A stretch of 64,000 nucleotides of DNA from Octopus vulgaris (GCA_951406725.2 OX597816.1:170376001-170440000); one strand, 5' to 3'. Counted from the first letter of the stretch, positions 13,669 through 29,013 are shown. Notes: a model not told the origin generated them from the sequence alone. Numbers and translations: made by a program.

Positions 13669-13800
13669 ATTAAGTAAACTACAGATCATTAATGTTATAC
13701 TCACCTATACGTTTAAATTTTCTTTCTACATAGTGTTTTCTTATCAGGGACATCTAAGAACGATTTGTTGAATTCACTTCAATAAACAGGCTCTTCCTCA

Positions 13801-13924
13801 AATTTACAAATTTCATTGCTTTTATTTCAAATTCCATAAAAATTAAAATTCATTTTACTTAAAATTATAGAGTATTTCATTGTCAATTTCGAATTATGAA
13901 CATTCAGTTTAAGTACTATAAGCA
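13801..13924 (+). repeat. ~123 bp direct repeat, copy 2
   Basis: Matches 10395-10518. Confidence 0.9.
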
Positions 13925-15596
13925 CACATATCTACTGTTTACGTGAATTGGTGTTGAGTTATTAAAGCAATGATACTCTCCAATAAGACGTAGATTATTA
14001 AGTTGACTATTAAGGAAACAATTTAGAAAAATCAGTCTCAAAGCATGAAAACTGCTTAATAGTATTTGTTATTTACTGTTAGGACTCTGCCTGCAGATGC
14101 CATTCAGAAGTGGGTGACTTAATCTTTTGTCTTCGGTCAGCCATTTGCTGTTCATATAAAACAGTTGAGTTAATCTATGATGCTGCCAGTCTTGAGGTTT
14201 TTGACCTAATGTTGTCATTATTCTTTTGAAGCTACCGTATAGGTAGAAATGCTGTAACACTACATTAAATCTAGTAGTCTTTGATTTTCACACAAATTGC
14301 TTGTAGAATTTCTTTGGATGCTCTTATATCCTGACATTGATTTTACTTTCTCCTAACAAATCTGGCAATTTGCTCCTGTATAAGAAAATATTTTTATCAT
14401 TCCTAAAATGTATTGAATGGATGCAATAGTGTCTGATTTGTACAGATCGATGACTACCCATCGTTTCCGACAGATTCTGATCTTGGGCCAGTATATTAAC
14501 CATATTTTCAAGCAAATATAAATCAAGAGTAGTTCTATGATTTGACATTACAAAACTATCTACATCATAAAATTATTATGCCGTGAGTTTCCAAATTCAA
14601 TTCGTGTTGAACTCAAACAGCAATGTATCAGTAACTTTTTTTTATTTATAGACTAGTCAGAGAAGGAGGGCAAATGTTCCTGGCATATATGGTGGGCCTC
14701 CAAGATTACTAAAGAGAGGGGGGAAGAAATTCTGATTCCTTCATCATTCTCTAATCAATTGTCTTATTCAAATACTTGACTGAACTCTACTAGGGACATC
14801 TAAGAGCTACAAATTTATCTTAAACATGTCACGATTTAAGTCTATTACTCAAGATTAAATACAAGCAAACCAGCGGGAGTTATCAGCTTTCCCCCTACCC
14901 TGTTTTACTCTGAATGAATGAGTTAGCCTGAGAATATGTAGAAGACACTTACTCAAATAAATTTGCAACTGTTTCTAATAGAATCTTTTGTTTGCGAATA
15001 AAATTTGGTGCAACGTACAAAACAAAACACTGTAATTATTGAAACGTACAAATGGTTTCTTCGACAATGACCTACTTCAAGAGGGGTGGCTCGTTAACGT
15101 TATTAGCAACATATTTCCTGTAAGGACAGAGACCTTATCTCTTAATCCTTCCTTAAGCTCACACTTCTCTTCTTTAAACTGGTATTAAAACTTTGATAAA
15201 GGATTATTTGCTATATACGAAGAATTAAACCTCTATATAAATAGATTATCTTGCGATTTTCCCGAAACACATGTATACTTAAATACTGTTAACTCTGTCT
15301 AGTTTTTGTAGAGACAGGAAATTGAGAGTTAAAGCTCATCCAGGATAGAATACTGTGTATTTCACGTTACTTTCCTTAAACAAGGACTCATAAAGAAATT
15401 TCTAATGAAGTCTGCAGATCTTTTTGTATTAGGACTGGTGGGTGGTAATACTTCGAGGTACTCAGTTGTATATCATAATCACAGGCAATATCATAGTCAG
15501 CATATTGCAGAACTGAGTACAGGATGTGATCCGATGACACTTCGATATCTTTACCGCTTACCTTTCCATTAGTTTAACGTCCGCTGTGTTCTGTGT

Positions 15597-16000
15597 TACT
15601 CTTTTACTCTTCTACTTGTTTCAGTCATTTGACTGCGGCCATGCTGGAGCACCGCCTTTAGTCGAGCAAATCGACCCCGGGACTTATTCTTTGTAAGACC
15701 AGTAGTTATTCTATCGGTCTCTTTTTGCCGAACCGCTAAGTGACGGGGACGTAATCACACCAGCATCGGTTGTCAAGCAATGCTAGGGGGACAAACACAG
15801 ACACACAAACACATACACACACACTTACATATATATATACATATATACGACAGGCTTCTTTCAGTTTCCGTCTACCAAATCCACTCACAAGGCCCGGGGC
15901 TATAGCAGAAGACACTTGCCCAAGATGCCACGCAGTGGGACTGAACCCGGAACCATGTGGTTGGTTAGCAAGCTACTTACCACACAGCCACTCCTGCGTC
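15597..16000 (-). mobile_element. SINE family 1, near full length
   Basis: tRNA-like head at 16000, CTTGGGCAAGT core, internal (CA)/(TA) tract, (AGAGTA)-like tail. Confidence 0.88.
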
Positions 16001-17187
16001 TAAGTGTTATCCACTTTTCCTATATAAATATATGAAACAAAAGCAAGAAGGTTACCAAAATCACAAAAGCAGCATAAAAAGGAGAAGGCTAATTTCATTG
16101 TCGACCAAAGAATTAAAAAAACATTTGAGAACATTAGAAACGTAATAGTCTATCTTTTAGTAAGAGAATTAAAATCAGAACAATTTTTTACATCTCACCA
16201 TAAATTCACTTACGTACAAAGAAGTAGCTCTTTTTGTTTGTTTCCTCTCAATTTCCAGAGGCTTACAAAAGACAAATATTTGAATATTATTGAAAAATTG
16301 GAAACCCCATTTACAATAGGAATGCATTGACATTAGAAATATGAAACAAATTATACTTGCAGATGTGTAAAGATCATTAACTAAATGTGAATGTGTTTGT
16401 GCTTAAAGAAATCCAATGAGAATATCACTAAGTAAGGTGGTGAGCTGGCAGAAATGTTAGCACGATGGGTGAAATGCTTGGCGAAGTTTTATCGGTCTTT
16501 ATATTCTCAGTACAAATCCCGTCGCGGCTGACTTTACCTTTCATCCTTTCAGGGTCGATAAAATAAGTACCTTTAGAACACTGGGGTCGAAGCAATCGTC
16601 TTACTCCCTCCCTCCCCTCATATGTGCTGGCCTTTTGCCAAAATTTGGACATAATATTACCGGTGAAGAGCTGTATTTAAGAAAAAGGCTATCTCCATAT
16701 ACGAAAATGTATATAACTAGAGCGGATAGTCCTGGAAATTGTTACAAAATAATGTATAAATATGTATAAACACTGCCAAAATGCTTGCTTTCCATCTGCT
16801 TGAATGCAAACTTATTAAACTGAGAATGTAAAATATGTTCTACTGGAATATGATTAACAATACAATTACTAAAAACATACAAGAAATGCATCCAGTATCG
16901 CTGGTGATCTTAGATACCTATAAGTTGTTTACACACCTAACACGTAGTCTGAGACATTACGGCAGCTGATCGACTAGTTTCTTATGTAGAATCTTGTAAA
17001 AATGATCAGATTAGTAATGTCATTCGTGCTTTTTTCCTTTTTCCTCGACCATTTACCTATCCATATGAATTATATATGAAGCAACGTACAAAGAATATTC
17101 CTGCTTTTCTAGCTGTCACCTCCTTTTCTCCCGCTCTTTATATGTATAGCCATACCTATACACATGCGCGCATACACACACACACAC

Positions 17188-17236
<49 letters not shown>

Positions 17237-19759
17237 TCATTTAAATAATATATAAATATAATTTTTATGTTACATAGTAAAGCACGAGAACTTGTATACC
17301 TTGTTGTAAGGATTGAAAATTGTAACATAAACGCCTCCTTGAAATATATAACTAGCATAAGTGAAAATAATTATACTCAGCTGAGAATTTTGGCACTGCT
17401 TGTAGAATCAATTCACAAAGCAATTTGCAACTGGTCAAGAGGAACATTAGTGTCGACTTCCAATTTCAAATGTAACGTTAATCACATCGATATCTCTGTC
17501 TCGAGGGACCTACAAGAGTCGTGAACTCACACCCTATCTTCATGACAGAACCAACACAAAAAAAGTCAGTGTTGTTCCTGTACAATTACTATGTTGCTGT
17601 TTTAACACTAATATGAAACTGCAGAGCAACTAATAGAATCAATTGCCCAGCAAATTTGGTTTGAGAAGGAACACGTAGAATTTTTTAAAACATTTCGAGA
17701 AAAGAAAGACGATATAATATAATTCTAATTAGAAATGTAAATGAAGTCAGAAAAATCACGAAAGGTAATGAATGTTGAATAACAGAGGATGTTACTGACC
17801 AACCAACCCCCTTCAAAATCGCTGACTTTCTTTCACCTAAATTAGAAATAACTATACAAGGTTATCTATATATTTTGTCTTTTCAGTTGCAAACACACTG
17901 ATATATATTGATTGATATAAATGAAGGTTTATATGTTAAATGAATTTTTCGATTTCATACCCCACTTTTTTCTCGATCTCTTTTACGTTCTTCCAATAAA
18001 TATTTTATGTGAAATCCTGGAAATTTAACTATTTAACTCGATGTATCGAATTATTCAGCCGAAACACTTTTAAGGTCACTTCTGTATTAATGTAGACTGA
18101 ACCAATGAAACAAGACTTTGGGTATTCTACATTATTTAAATTCTTTAAGCAGTCTATTGTTGGAGATAATGAAAATATAATCAATATGGGATTTTAAATA
18201 TATTCTCTGAATTAATCATGCTTGTGATATGAAAAACGTAACTTATTAGATAAAAATCTGTATCGCTGTGTGTGTGTGTGTGCATGTGTGTGTGTGTGAG
18301 TGTGTATGTTTGTATATATGTATATATATAATGTTATGCTTGTGTGTGTAGGAATATGCACTCGTAAGTTTGTATAAGTTCCCATGAAAATTATTGCAGA
18401 ACATATTTTTGATCTATATTGTTTTCAAACAATTCATAATACTTGCTGCATCAAATTTCAGGACGATTCTGATGCACTCCCTTGAACTATACTTAGACAT
18501 TTTACCCCACTTCAATAATATCTCGAGAACGCCATGGTGTTCTCTGAGTTCTGTGGAAGAATTCAAACATTCTTTCTTCACTTAATATTATATTCTGTGT
18601 ACTAAGTACCTGGGTTGTATATTTTGAAGAATGTAAATGTAAATGGCGAATAATTTTCCGGAGAATATTTGTATTGTAATGGAATGAAAATTGCTCAATC
18701 AAAAGTTTTAAATCCTATTGAGGTATCGGTACTCGAATAAAAGCATTTTCGCTCAAACTTTGATTTTGTGTTTGCTTGATATTGTCTTAAATCTTAAGAC
18801 AGTGCATTATTAGATACGCTAGAATTGACTAATTTCATATTAATATTTTAGCTTCTTTCCTCTGAGCATTTTGAACAAATACTACCCCTGATATCCCCTT
18901 ATATATTTCTGTTTCTGTAGCACCCGATCAATGCTGATAAAGAAAACTCACGGTCATGGATTTTTTGTCATAACCAGTCTGTCTTTTAATATAATTCATT
19001 ATAAAACATATAAATGATTAGTTTTGAAAAGTGTAGATATGATTTGAGGGTCGTTTCTAAGGGGTTGAGCTATGACAAAGAGGTCTTTCATAGGTTAGCT
19101 ATTTATGAATGACAAACACTTTCCAATCGATTATATTTCTTCATGAATATACGTGTGTCCTCCTGGTTTGAATCGAATATAATAAATATCCTCTTTTATT
19201 GTAACACACTGAAATACCTAATTGAATCTAGTATTATATATCATTCCTTTTAGTCAAAATCACATTCAGATAGGTTTTACTCTTTTGGGTGTGATGAAGG
19301 AAGAAATGGCAGTATTCAGTTCAAGCCAATTGATTATAACATTGCCACAGAACATACAATGTCACAATACCGGAAATTATTGCTATATTTCGTTCTGCTA
19401 ATTGTATGAAATACAAATGCAATGAAATCCTATTTGACCAACACGGATACAGCACTGTTCACTCCTAACTTTTATAAATTTCCCACTTTACAAAAAGAGC
19501 ATTCACAACTTCACATCTAAGACTTCCTCCAAGAATTCATGGAGGTAATATTTATTATATCATATAGCTTTTCAATTTTCAATAATAACACGTTGATCCA
19601 TTATGGGTGAAAAGAAATATCGACACACATGACACAAGAGATTTCTAAAACAAATGTATTTTGTTAGGATTCCTTAAAATTGAAGTTATTTATAGCACCA
19701 TATAAACACTTTTTTTCCTTATCTTGCAATTACTAATGTATCTCGTTACTATGACCTCT

Positions 19760-20002
19760 GATAACAGCAGCAACAATGATGATGATGATGATGATGATGA
19801 TGATAATAATAATAATAATAATAATAATTTTTTTTTTTTAAATTTATGTATTAGACATTCACTAGTACAACACCAAAAAAACCCCCAAATATATGGCACA
19901 CTAGGCATAACAACAACGTGAACTTCCAACCTATTGTCTCTTGAGGTCTCTGGGTGAGACTCGGAGCCAACTTGTACAGACATAAAGCGAAAGTCAAACA
20001 TA

Positions 20003-20069
<67 letters not shown>

Positions 20070-22260
20070 GGCCAACAGACCAGATATAGTTGTCAGAGAT
20101 CATGAAGAAAAAAAATGCTTTCTAATTGATGTATTAATACCGGCAGATGACAACGTGTCTCTAAAAGAAATGGAGAAACTCTCAAAATACAAAGACCTGG
20201 AAATAGAGGTAACTAGAATGTGGAATCTGAAAACAGAAACAATTCCTATCATAGTAGGTGCATTAGGCATGATAAAAAAATATTCAGACAAATACATAAC
20301 AAAAACACTATTATTATTATTATTATAATGACGATGATGATGATGATGATAATAATAGGAATTACATACTGGATCAAAAACGATATAAAGAGACTTGACA
20401 GAAAAAAAAAAACTAGGAAGTTTTTGACGCTGTATGGAGCCCACCATCCGACAGCTGATATTAACCGGCTGTAGTTGAAGAGAGACCAGGTAGAAGAGGC
20501 TTAATAGAAGTAGAAGAATGTGTACAGGCGGAAAAAAATGTCTAGTAGAGTATTTACAGAGCAGCACAGAACTGCTTAAGACAGTTAATAAAGAACAGGT
20601 GATGAAGTACGTAATAGAGAAAAGGACAAGAATGAAATACAGAGAACACGTCAGACAGATCGAAGAGAAAGCTCTGCTTGACTAATTTTGAGGAGCCACT
20701 GGAGACGTATGTGGAAGAAAATCCCGGGCTTGGTTAAAAAAAAAAAAGAAAGAGAAAGCCTAATTGTAGCAGCCTAAGATCAAATGATAAGAACAAAAGA
20801 CTAGAGAAATTTTTTTTTGTCATTTGACTGCAGCCATACTTTTTTGCCTTGGTATAAAAGATGGGCTACCGCAAATATTCTGCCTGTCAGTTGTTGGACC
20901 TTAACCAGTTGAGCATGTCTCTTAGTGGCTGACGATATGTGCCTCTCTGATCATGAGCAGATGTAGTTGGGGAGCATCATAGCCATGTGTTAAGAGGAAT
21001 GTTATGAAGTTTGGATAATTCACCTTTGGAAACATGGGTATTTTTTTCAACATCTTTAAACAACCCTTATTCAGGGATGGGCTACCCGACCTGAAGTTAA
21101 ATTCTAACTAGGCCCCATCTGCAACTTCTTGCTCTGTTTATCTTGATATGAGATCACCATGTCACGAACATATGGTTATGATTCATGTTCCTGGTGTACC
21201 CTTATCAGATGGGTAGTCATGAAGGCTATCCTGGGCTTCATATAATTTACCCTAGAGTCACCTTCAACTGGAGGAAGGGGACTGAATAGTTTGGACTATT
21301 GCGTGCGTATCGAACTCGGGAGCTTCGTTACATACCTAGCCCAATGTAAGGAAACTTGGTAAGTAAGGATCGAGGATTTATTGAGAGCAGAGAAAATGGA
21401 AAACAAACGAAGTACAAAGAGGACATGAAGAAGAATTACGCATGAAGGTACTACACAATTCCATGTGACCACAACAGAAGTTGCTGGAAAAAATAGGGGG
21501 CTATTGGTTGATGAAAGAAAACCTGAAAAGAAACCGAGAGTACAGTACTGGCAATGGCAGACTAAGCTTTAGCCACGAACTGGTGGGTCAACCCGAGGAA
21601 TGAGCAAGTGTCTCCGTTCTCAGCATCTGCAATAGAGTGGAATAAACCAATGCCCATATCACGAACGAATGCATTAGACTTGTCCAAAACCATTACAAGT
21701 TGTGGCGACACGACCAGGTAACGAAAGTGCTACATTGGAAACTGTGCAATAAATGAGGGATAGAGCGATGCAAGATGTGGTATGAACAGAAGCCTCAGAG
21801 AGTAGTGGAGTCAGAGACTAGCAAAATCCTCTGAGATTTCTCAATCCAAACAGATCAGGTGATAGAGCATAACAGACTAGCCCTAGGAGTGGACAAGGCG
21901 CACCACACATGCTATATAGCTGATGCTGCATGTCCCTTTGGCCCACGAATAATCAAGAAGGAAGTCGAAAAGACAAATAAATACAACCCTCTCTAAGTAC
22001 GAAATAGCCTGGTTATGGAAAACGAAGAAATGAAGATAGCGCCATTTATTGTTGGCTATCAGACGGCATCAAGAGGGATACAAAGGAAATTGGAATAGAG
22101 AGCCCATCCTCAGCACGGCCAGAATAATCGGCCAGGTATTAGCTGAAAAGAACAGATAGCATGGTACCGTAGGCTGCAGGTAGGAAGCCCTCTACGCTTG
22201 TATGGCTCCAGGAGCACCAACAAAACCTGTAATAAAGAGAAATAACAACAACAGCAAGAA
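19760..22260 (+). mobile_element. Array of truncated R4/Dong-type (RLE) non-LTR retrotransposon fragments separated by (AAT)/(GAT)/(AAC) tracts
   Basis: 3' UTR 19840-20003 matches 44045-44188. 20069-20307 encodes NRPDIVV..CFLIDV...EKLSKYKDL..PIIVGALG. 20358-20800 encodes LDRK.TRK.LTLYGAHHP.AD..RL. 21265-22260 is another degenerate C-terminal fragment. An unrelated repeat is inserted at ~20815-21260. Confidence 0.8.
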
Positions 22261-22264
22261 TATA

Positions 22265-22680
<416 letters not shown>

Positions 22681-23835
22681 ATAATAGTAGTAATATTAAA
22701 TTGAGTTCATATTAGGAACGTTCGTAATTCCTAGGGAAAACCCAGGAGTCATATTTGAAGTTCATTGGGTTCGTTAAATTGATTAGTTTTTATAAGCAGG
22801 TGTTACTAATATAAAGTTAACCACAGTGTTATGTATGTGAAGACAGAGAATAGTCACCGTGAACAAAGCTTGTAGTTTATTAGCAACAAAACCTTATTCT
22901 TTTTATATTTTTTGTACTCGTTTCAGAAGTGAGACTGGCCATGAAGCATTTTTAGTCCAATGAAGCCACCTCCAGTTCCTGTTATTTTAAGTTTGGAAGC
23001 TATTCTTTTACCGAACACCTACGTTATGGGTGTGTTAACACCAAAGACCACTGGTATTCAAGCGGTGGTGTGGAGATACACACTCACACACATACACACA
23101 CACACAACAACATCAACACACACAGATGTCATTTATGTATACGACGTACTTCTTTTATTCCTTTCTACCAAATGCACTTGCAACGGATTGGTTTGCTCGA
23201 GGCTATAGTAGAAGACACTTGCTCAAGATACCACGCAGTGGGACTAAACTTAGAATCATGTGTTTGGTGAGTAAGATTCTTACCACACAGCCACGCCCAA
23301 AACAGTTGGTCCCTGTGTGCCCTTCAACGTGTCTAGTGTTAAACACCTACTTTAAATCCAACAGTTTGAAAGGACGGAATAGGAAGTAAACTATTCAAAA
23401 GGCTTAAATGTTCGCGAATACATATCTTAATTGGGATCTTAGAAATAAGTTTGGTTCGTAAGAATGAAACAACACTAACTTTAAGTTCATTTTTTAAGTC
23501 ATCGTAGAAGCCTTTGCTATTACGACAATATTTATATCCAGATATAAGCAAGCAGGATGCTCCAAAAAGAGTAAATAGCGTAAACATCTTATTCTTTTAT
23601 CTTTTCCTTCAGTAATTAGTCTGCGGCCATGCTACGGCGATGCCTAGAGGAATTTTTAGTGGAATGTATCGAAACGAGTGTTTCTTTTTTTCTTTTTCTT
23701 TAAACCTGGTACTTACTCTTTCAGATTCTTTGTCGACCCGCTCAGTTACGAGACGTAAACACACCAACATTGGTTGTCAAGAGGACAAACACAAAGACGC
23801 AAACAAATATATATATGTGTGTGTGTATGTGTGTG

Positions 23836-23866
<31 letters not shown>

Positions 23867-24221
23867 ATGGGTGTTTGTGTACATATGAAGGGATTCTTTC
23901 AGTTTCGGTCTACCAAGTCCATTCACAAGCCTTTTGTTGGCCCAAGGCTATAAGTAAAAACATGTGCTGAAGGTGCCATGCAATGGAACTGAACCCGGAA
24001 CTATATAGTTAAGAATCAAGCTTCTTACCACACAGCCACGCCTGCTCCTATGTTTATCCCACTGAAATTTGCTCAACATCATAATATCATAAAACGATGC
24101 TGTGACGTTGACTCATTTCTTTCTTGTTTACATATTTTCTATAAAGTGGGTAGAACTGTAGGATGCTAAATACCCTGAGCATAACAATGTCAGCAATATA
24201 TTTACAAAACATAATAATAAT

Positions 24222-24792
24222 CCTTTCTATTATAGGTACAAGGCCTGAAGTTTTGGGGAGGAGACTAGTCGATTACATCAACCCCCAGAATTTCAATGGT
24301 ACTTAATTTATCGACCCCGGAAGGATGAAAGGCAAAGTCGCCCACGGGCGAATATGAAATCAGAACGGAGCGACGGGCGAAATAACGCTAAGCATTTTGT
24401 CCAGCTTGCTAACGATTACTTTCTACTCTTGACACAAGGCCTGATATAAGATCGAGACCAGTACACAGCTGGTACTTAATTTATCGACTCCGAAATGATG
24501 AAGGGCAAAGTCAACCTCGGCGGAATTTGAACACAGAAAGTAAAGACAGACGAAATACATATTTCTTTACTACCCACAAGGGGCTAAACACAGAGAGGAC
24601 AAACAAGGACAGACAAACGGATTAAGTTGATTATATCGACCCCAGTGCCTAACTGGTACTTATTTTAATCGACTCCGAAGAGATGAAAGGCAAAGTTGAC
24701 CTTGGCGGGATTTGAACTCAGAACGTAACGGCAGACGAAATACCGCTAGGCATTTCGCCCGGCGTGGTAACATTTCTGCCAGCTCGCCACCA
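24222..24792 (-). mobile_element. Multimeric (about 3-unit) family 2 SINE bounded by one 19 bp TSD
   Basis: ATCGAC(C/T)CC..GA..GATGAA.GGCAAAGT occurs at ~24310, 24483 and 24668. TACAAAACATAATAATAAT is at 24203-24221 and 24793-24811. Confidence 0.75.
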
Positions 24793-25520
24793 TACAAAAC
24801 ATAATAATAATGTCAGGAATATAAAAAAAACGTGATTTACAACATAAGTGGGAAAAAAAGAGGATAGAATAAGACAAAGGTAACGAGTGCATTGTATAAT
24901 TCTCGCAGTAATATTGGTTTCAAATTGTGGGACAAGACCAGTAAGTTTGGGAGAAGGGAACGAGTTTATTACATCGACCTAATTGCTCAACTGGTACTTA
25001 TTTTATCGACTCCGAAAGGATGAAAGGCAAAGGTGACCTCGGCGGAATTTGAATCCAGAAAGTAATGACGGACAAAATGTCTCTTAAGTATATTTGCCGA
25101 TGCGTTAACGATTCTGCTTGATTACGTCCTTAATTTTCGTAGTAATATTATTTGTAATACGTACAGAACAATTAAAGAATTCAGAATTACAGCTTTAGAT
25201 TGTTTTACCAGATAACTTTCTCTTGAACGTATCACATGTTAGAGTAAACAAGAAATGGTAGTTGGGTTGTCATATGAAGCAGGAATATTAATATGTTTTC
25301 CTTTCCTTTGCAATAAGATTTAAATGTGAATACAGTGCTTAGGCTGCAAAATCCCCCATGAAACATAATTTCTAATTCAGAGCTGTTTTTACAATCGTTA
25401 GAAATTGCAATAATCAAATTTATTCAAAATCGATACTCATGAATAATGCTATGCATGCATGAATACATACACACACATACATACATTCCTGAACACAAAC
25501 AAATATACATTCATACATAT

Positions 25521-25587
<67 letters not shown>

Positions 25588-25762
25588 ATACATATATATA
25601 TATATATATAAATACATTTATGTATAATATATAAATATATGTATACATATATATTGTGTATATATATATATATATATATACGCATACATACGTATAATCA
25701 CACAAGCTCACACATGCATGCTCATACACACAGACACTCACATACACACATACACACATATG

Positions 25763-25824
<62 letters not shown>

Positions 25825-26447
25825 TAGTTAGCAGAGTAGAATCGAAAAAAGCATTATTTAATATCAGTGACAGAGTTAAATCCTGTATTATGTAAGGCAA
25901 ATTAACAAAACATATTGAAAGCTTCCGTTTGATGCATCGCACAACAAATATCAAAAATTATATAGCACTCGATAAAAGAGCGTGAAATATGATATTGAAA
26001 CATGCAATCAATACGTGGACAATACTGGGCGAAAGGAAGATTCCCTCTGATGCTTCCTTTGAAAAAAAAACCATATATCCTGCTCACATGAGATATAAAG
26101 ATACATTTTCCTAATATATCAACTTTGATCAATTCTGGAAATGCAATACCGTCACGCACACTCAAATTCAAACACAGAAAAACATACACTTGACACATAT
26201 ATATATATTTATTTATATATATTTATATATATATATACATATATACATATACATATATCCATATATATACATATGTATAAATACATATATATCTATATTT
26301 ATATATATATACACATATATATACATATATATATACACACATATATTTACATATATACATATATATATACAGACATATACACCTATATATACATATACAT
26401 ATCTATGCATATATATATACATATATATGCATATATCTATGCCTATA

Positions 26448-26515
<68 letters not shown>

Positions 26516-26859
26516 GGAGTCGCCCACTGGTGATTTAATAATATTTTTGAATCAGTCAACCTTCTATTCAGTACCTCTCCGCTACATTTGTCCTTGTCCT
26601 TATTCATAAATCTCACGACGTTTTTAGACATTCTGCTTAAGTTCCTAGAAACCTCTTTATTTGTTTATATGACAAACATTTTTAAAGTTGCAACATATGT
26701 TGGAGCGAACAGTGAAAGATATGTAACTGCCAACGATTCTAACATTATGCAAAGAAATATTTGTTCTACACTAAAATTTTTTATTCAGTTTCCCAGAAGA
26801 CTGTTTTAAACGGCTCTAACATAACGTTTTATATATGAAAAACAAACAGACGTACGTGT

Positions 26860-26931
<72 letters not shown>

Positions 26932-27164
26932 GATAACTATGGATGTGAATTTCAAAAATCACGTAGCATTCAATCAAATCAGGTTCAGGAGCGTAGTATC
27001 TTCATAATTTAGTAGACGGGAATGCAGTGATTACAAGAGAAACAGACAAACTTTAGATTTCTCGCTGGTGAAATTTGGAGGCCCTTCTCGACATGTTTTC
27101 CTCTCTAACATAATATTAAGACACTCTGTTCCTTTAAAGATGTTGCCTGCTCTTTCTATATATA

Positions 27165-28540
27165 TATTGGCTTGGCAACTAAGTTCCCAACGTTTTTTTA
27201 AATTTTGGAATTTAGTGCGGTTTTAAATTTTGGGATATATTTGGTTCGAGAATTCTATTTTTTAATCATTTTGGAATCTATTTTCTTTTACTCTAGTTCA
27301 TTTTAGTTAAGTTTGGTTTATTTTCAGATCATTAAAATGGAATGTCAAGTTAAGAAAAAAGAGCCTTTTCGACACCTCCTACTTTTTGCTTTTAATTCAG
27401 GTTCTAAGGCCGCAAAAGCTGCTCGTGACAATTGTGCTGTGTATGGAGAGAGTACAATAGCTGAAATAGTTAAGTTAGTTAATTTTTTGGGGCTCAAAAA
27501 GCAAAAAGCAAGGCCATGTAGGGGGACATGGAGTTATGTACAGGGACGGTGTTCATGCAAAGAGTTCAGGCCATTTCTGGTCAAGAGAGACTTTGAACCG
27601 AGCGCATGATTGGTGTGCCAATTTAAAAAAATGGAAACTTTGACCTAAAAAACGAACCTCGCTCTGGGCCTCCAGTTGAGTTCGATGAAAATTCTCGTAA
27701 AACGACAAAGGAACTTGCAGAGAAAATGGAATGTTCCCACACTGCTATAGAGAAGCATCTTCACTCGATGGGAAAGGTTCAGAAGTATGGATCATGGGGT
27801 CCTCATGCTTTAAGTGACAACAACAAAAATCAACGAGCCACAATATCCGCTGGTTTGCTTGCTCGTCACCGCTCAACTCATGGACAAAAGCAACAATTTT
27901 TTTTACCGAATCGTTACTGGCGACGAAAAATGATGCCTGTACATTAATATGAATCAGCGTAAGGAATGGCTTAGCTCCGATAAACAAGCGACACCGCGAG
28001 TGAAACAAGATCTTCATCCACGTAAAATGATGTTGTGCATATGGTGGAATTGGGAAGGGATGAACGAGACCAAACGGTCAACGCGAAACTCAATGTGCAA
28101 CAGATGGAACGACTCAACACGGCTATTCAAGAGAAAAGACCTAATCGGCAGCATGGAGTTCTTCTGCTGCACGGCGACGCCCGCCCTCATATCACCAATA
28201 TGACCAAGGAAAGCACTCAAACGAAATGGCTGGGAAGATTTGCCACACCCGCCGTACTCTTCTGATTTGGCAGCAACGGATTTCTACCTCTTTCGATCTC
28301 TTTTAAATGGTATGCGCGGAGTTTCGTGCAATACTGAGGCAGAATTGAGAGCTTGGTTGGATCTATCTTTCGAGTCGAAATCGGGTGATTTTTGACAACG
28401 AGGTATTGAAAATCTTATTGAAGGCTGGGAAGTTGTAAACAACAAGGGTGAATACATTATTGATTAATTAGTTATTTTTTATTAAACCTTCTAAAAAATT
28501 AAAATTTAAAAAAAACGGCAGGAAATTAGTTGCCAACGCA

Positions 28541-28543
<3 letters not shown>
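27165..28543 (+). mobile_element. Mariner (DD34D) DNA transposon, copy 2, inactive
   Basis: TIRs TATTGGCTTGGCAACTAAGTTCCC / GGAAATTAGTTGCCAACGCAAGA, set in (TA)n. Colinear with copy 1, with independent deletions, stops and an insertion. Confidence 0.93.
27467..27594 (-). mobile_element. Short insertion in mariner copy 2, probably a LINE 3' end
   Basis: Absent from copy 1. Minus strand ends with hairpin CCATGT-CCCCCT-ACATGG and a tail AAAAAATTAACTAACTTAACT. Confidence 0.6.
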
Positions 28544-28601
<58 letters not shown>

Positions 28602-28606
28602 GAGAG

Positions 28607-28642
<36 letters not shown>

Positions 28643-28903
28643 AAAGAGGTAGATAGATAGCTACATACATACATACATACATACAAGCATGCATACATAC
28701 ATACATAATGCATATATATTTAAATACATTCCATATGCATAAATATATGCAAATAAATGTAAGTCATGATATATGGATTCAAGCAATCCGGCAGCACTCG
28801 TAAAAGTGCTCCTTAGTTTATCATAGCATGAGGCATATAGAGTATATGGTAATATACATGAGAAAAGAATAAAAAGAATATAAAGAGATATACGATGGAG
28901 AAA

Positions 28904-29013
<110 letters not shown>

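Noticed and set aside
14060-14570. Possible LINE endonuclease remnant on the minus strand
   Set aside because: Too degenerate to support by eye; needs a profile search.
25420-26631. Many [12 protein letters not shown] ORFs here and across the window
   Set aside because: Translations of (AT)n, (GT)n and (ATAC)n microsatellites that lack stops; no coding signal.
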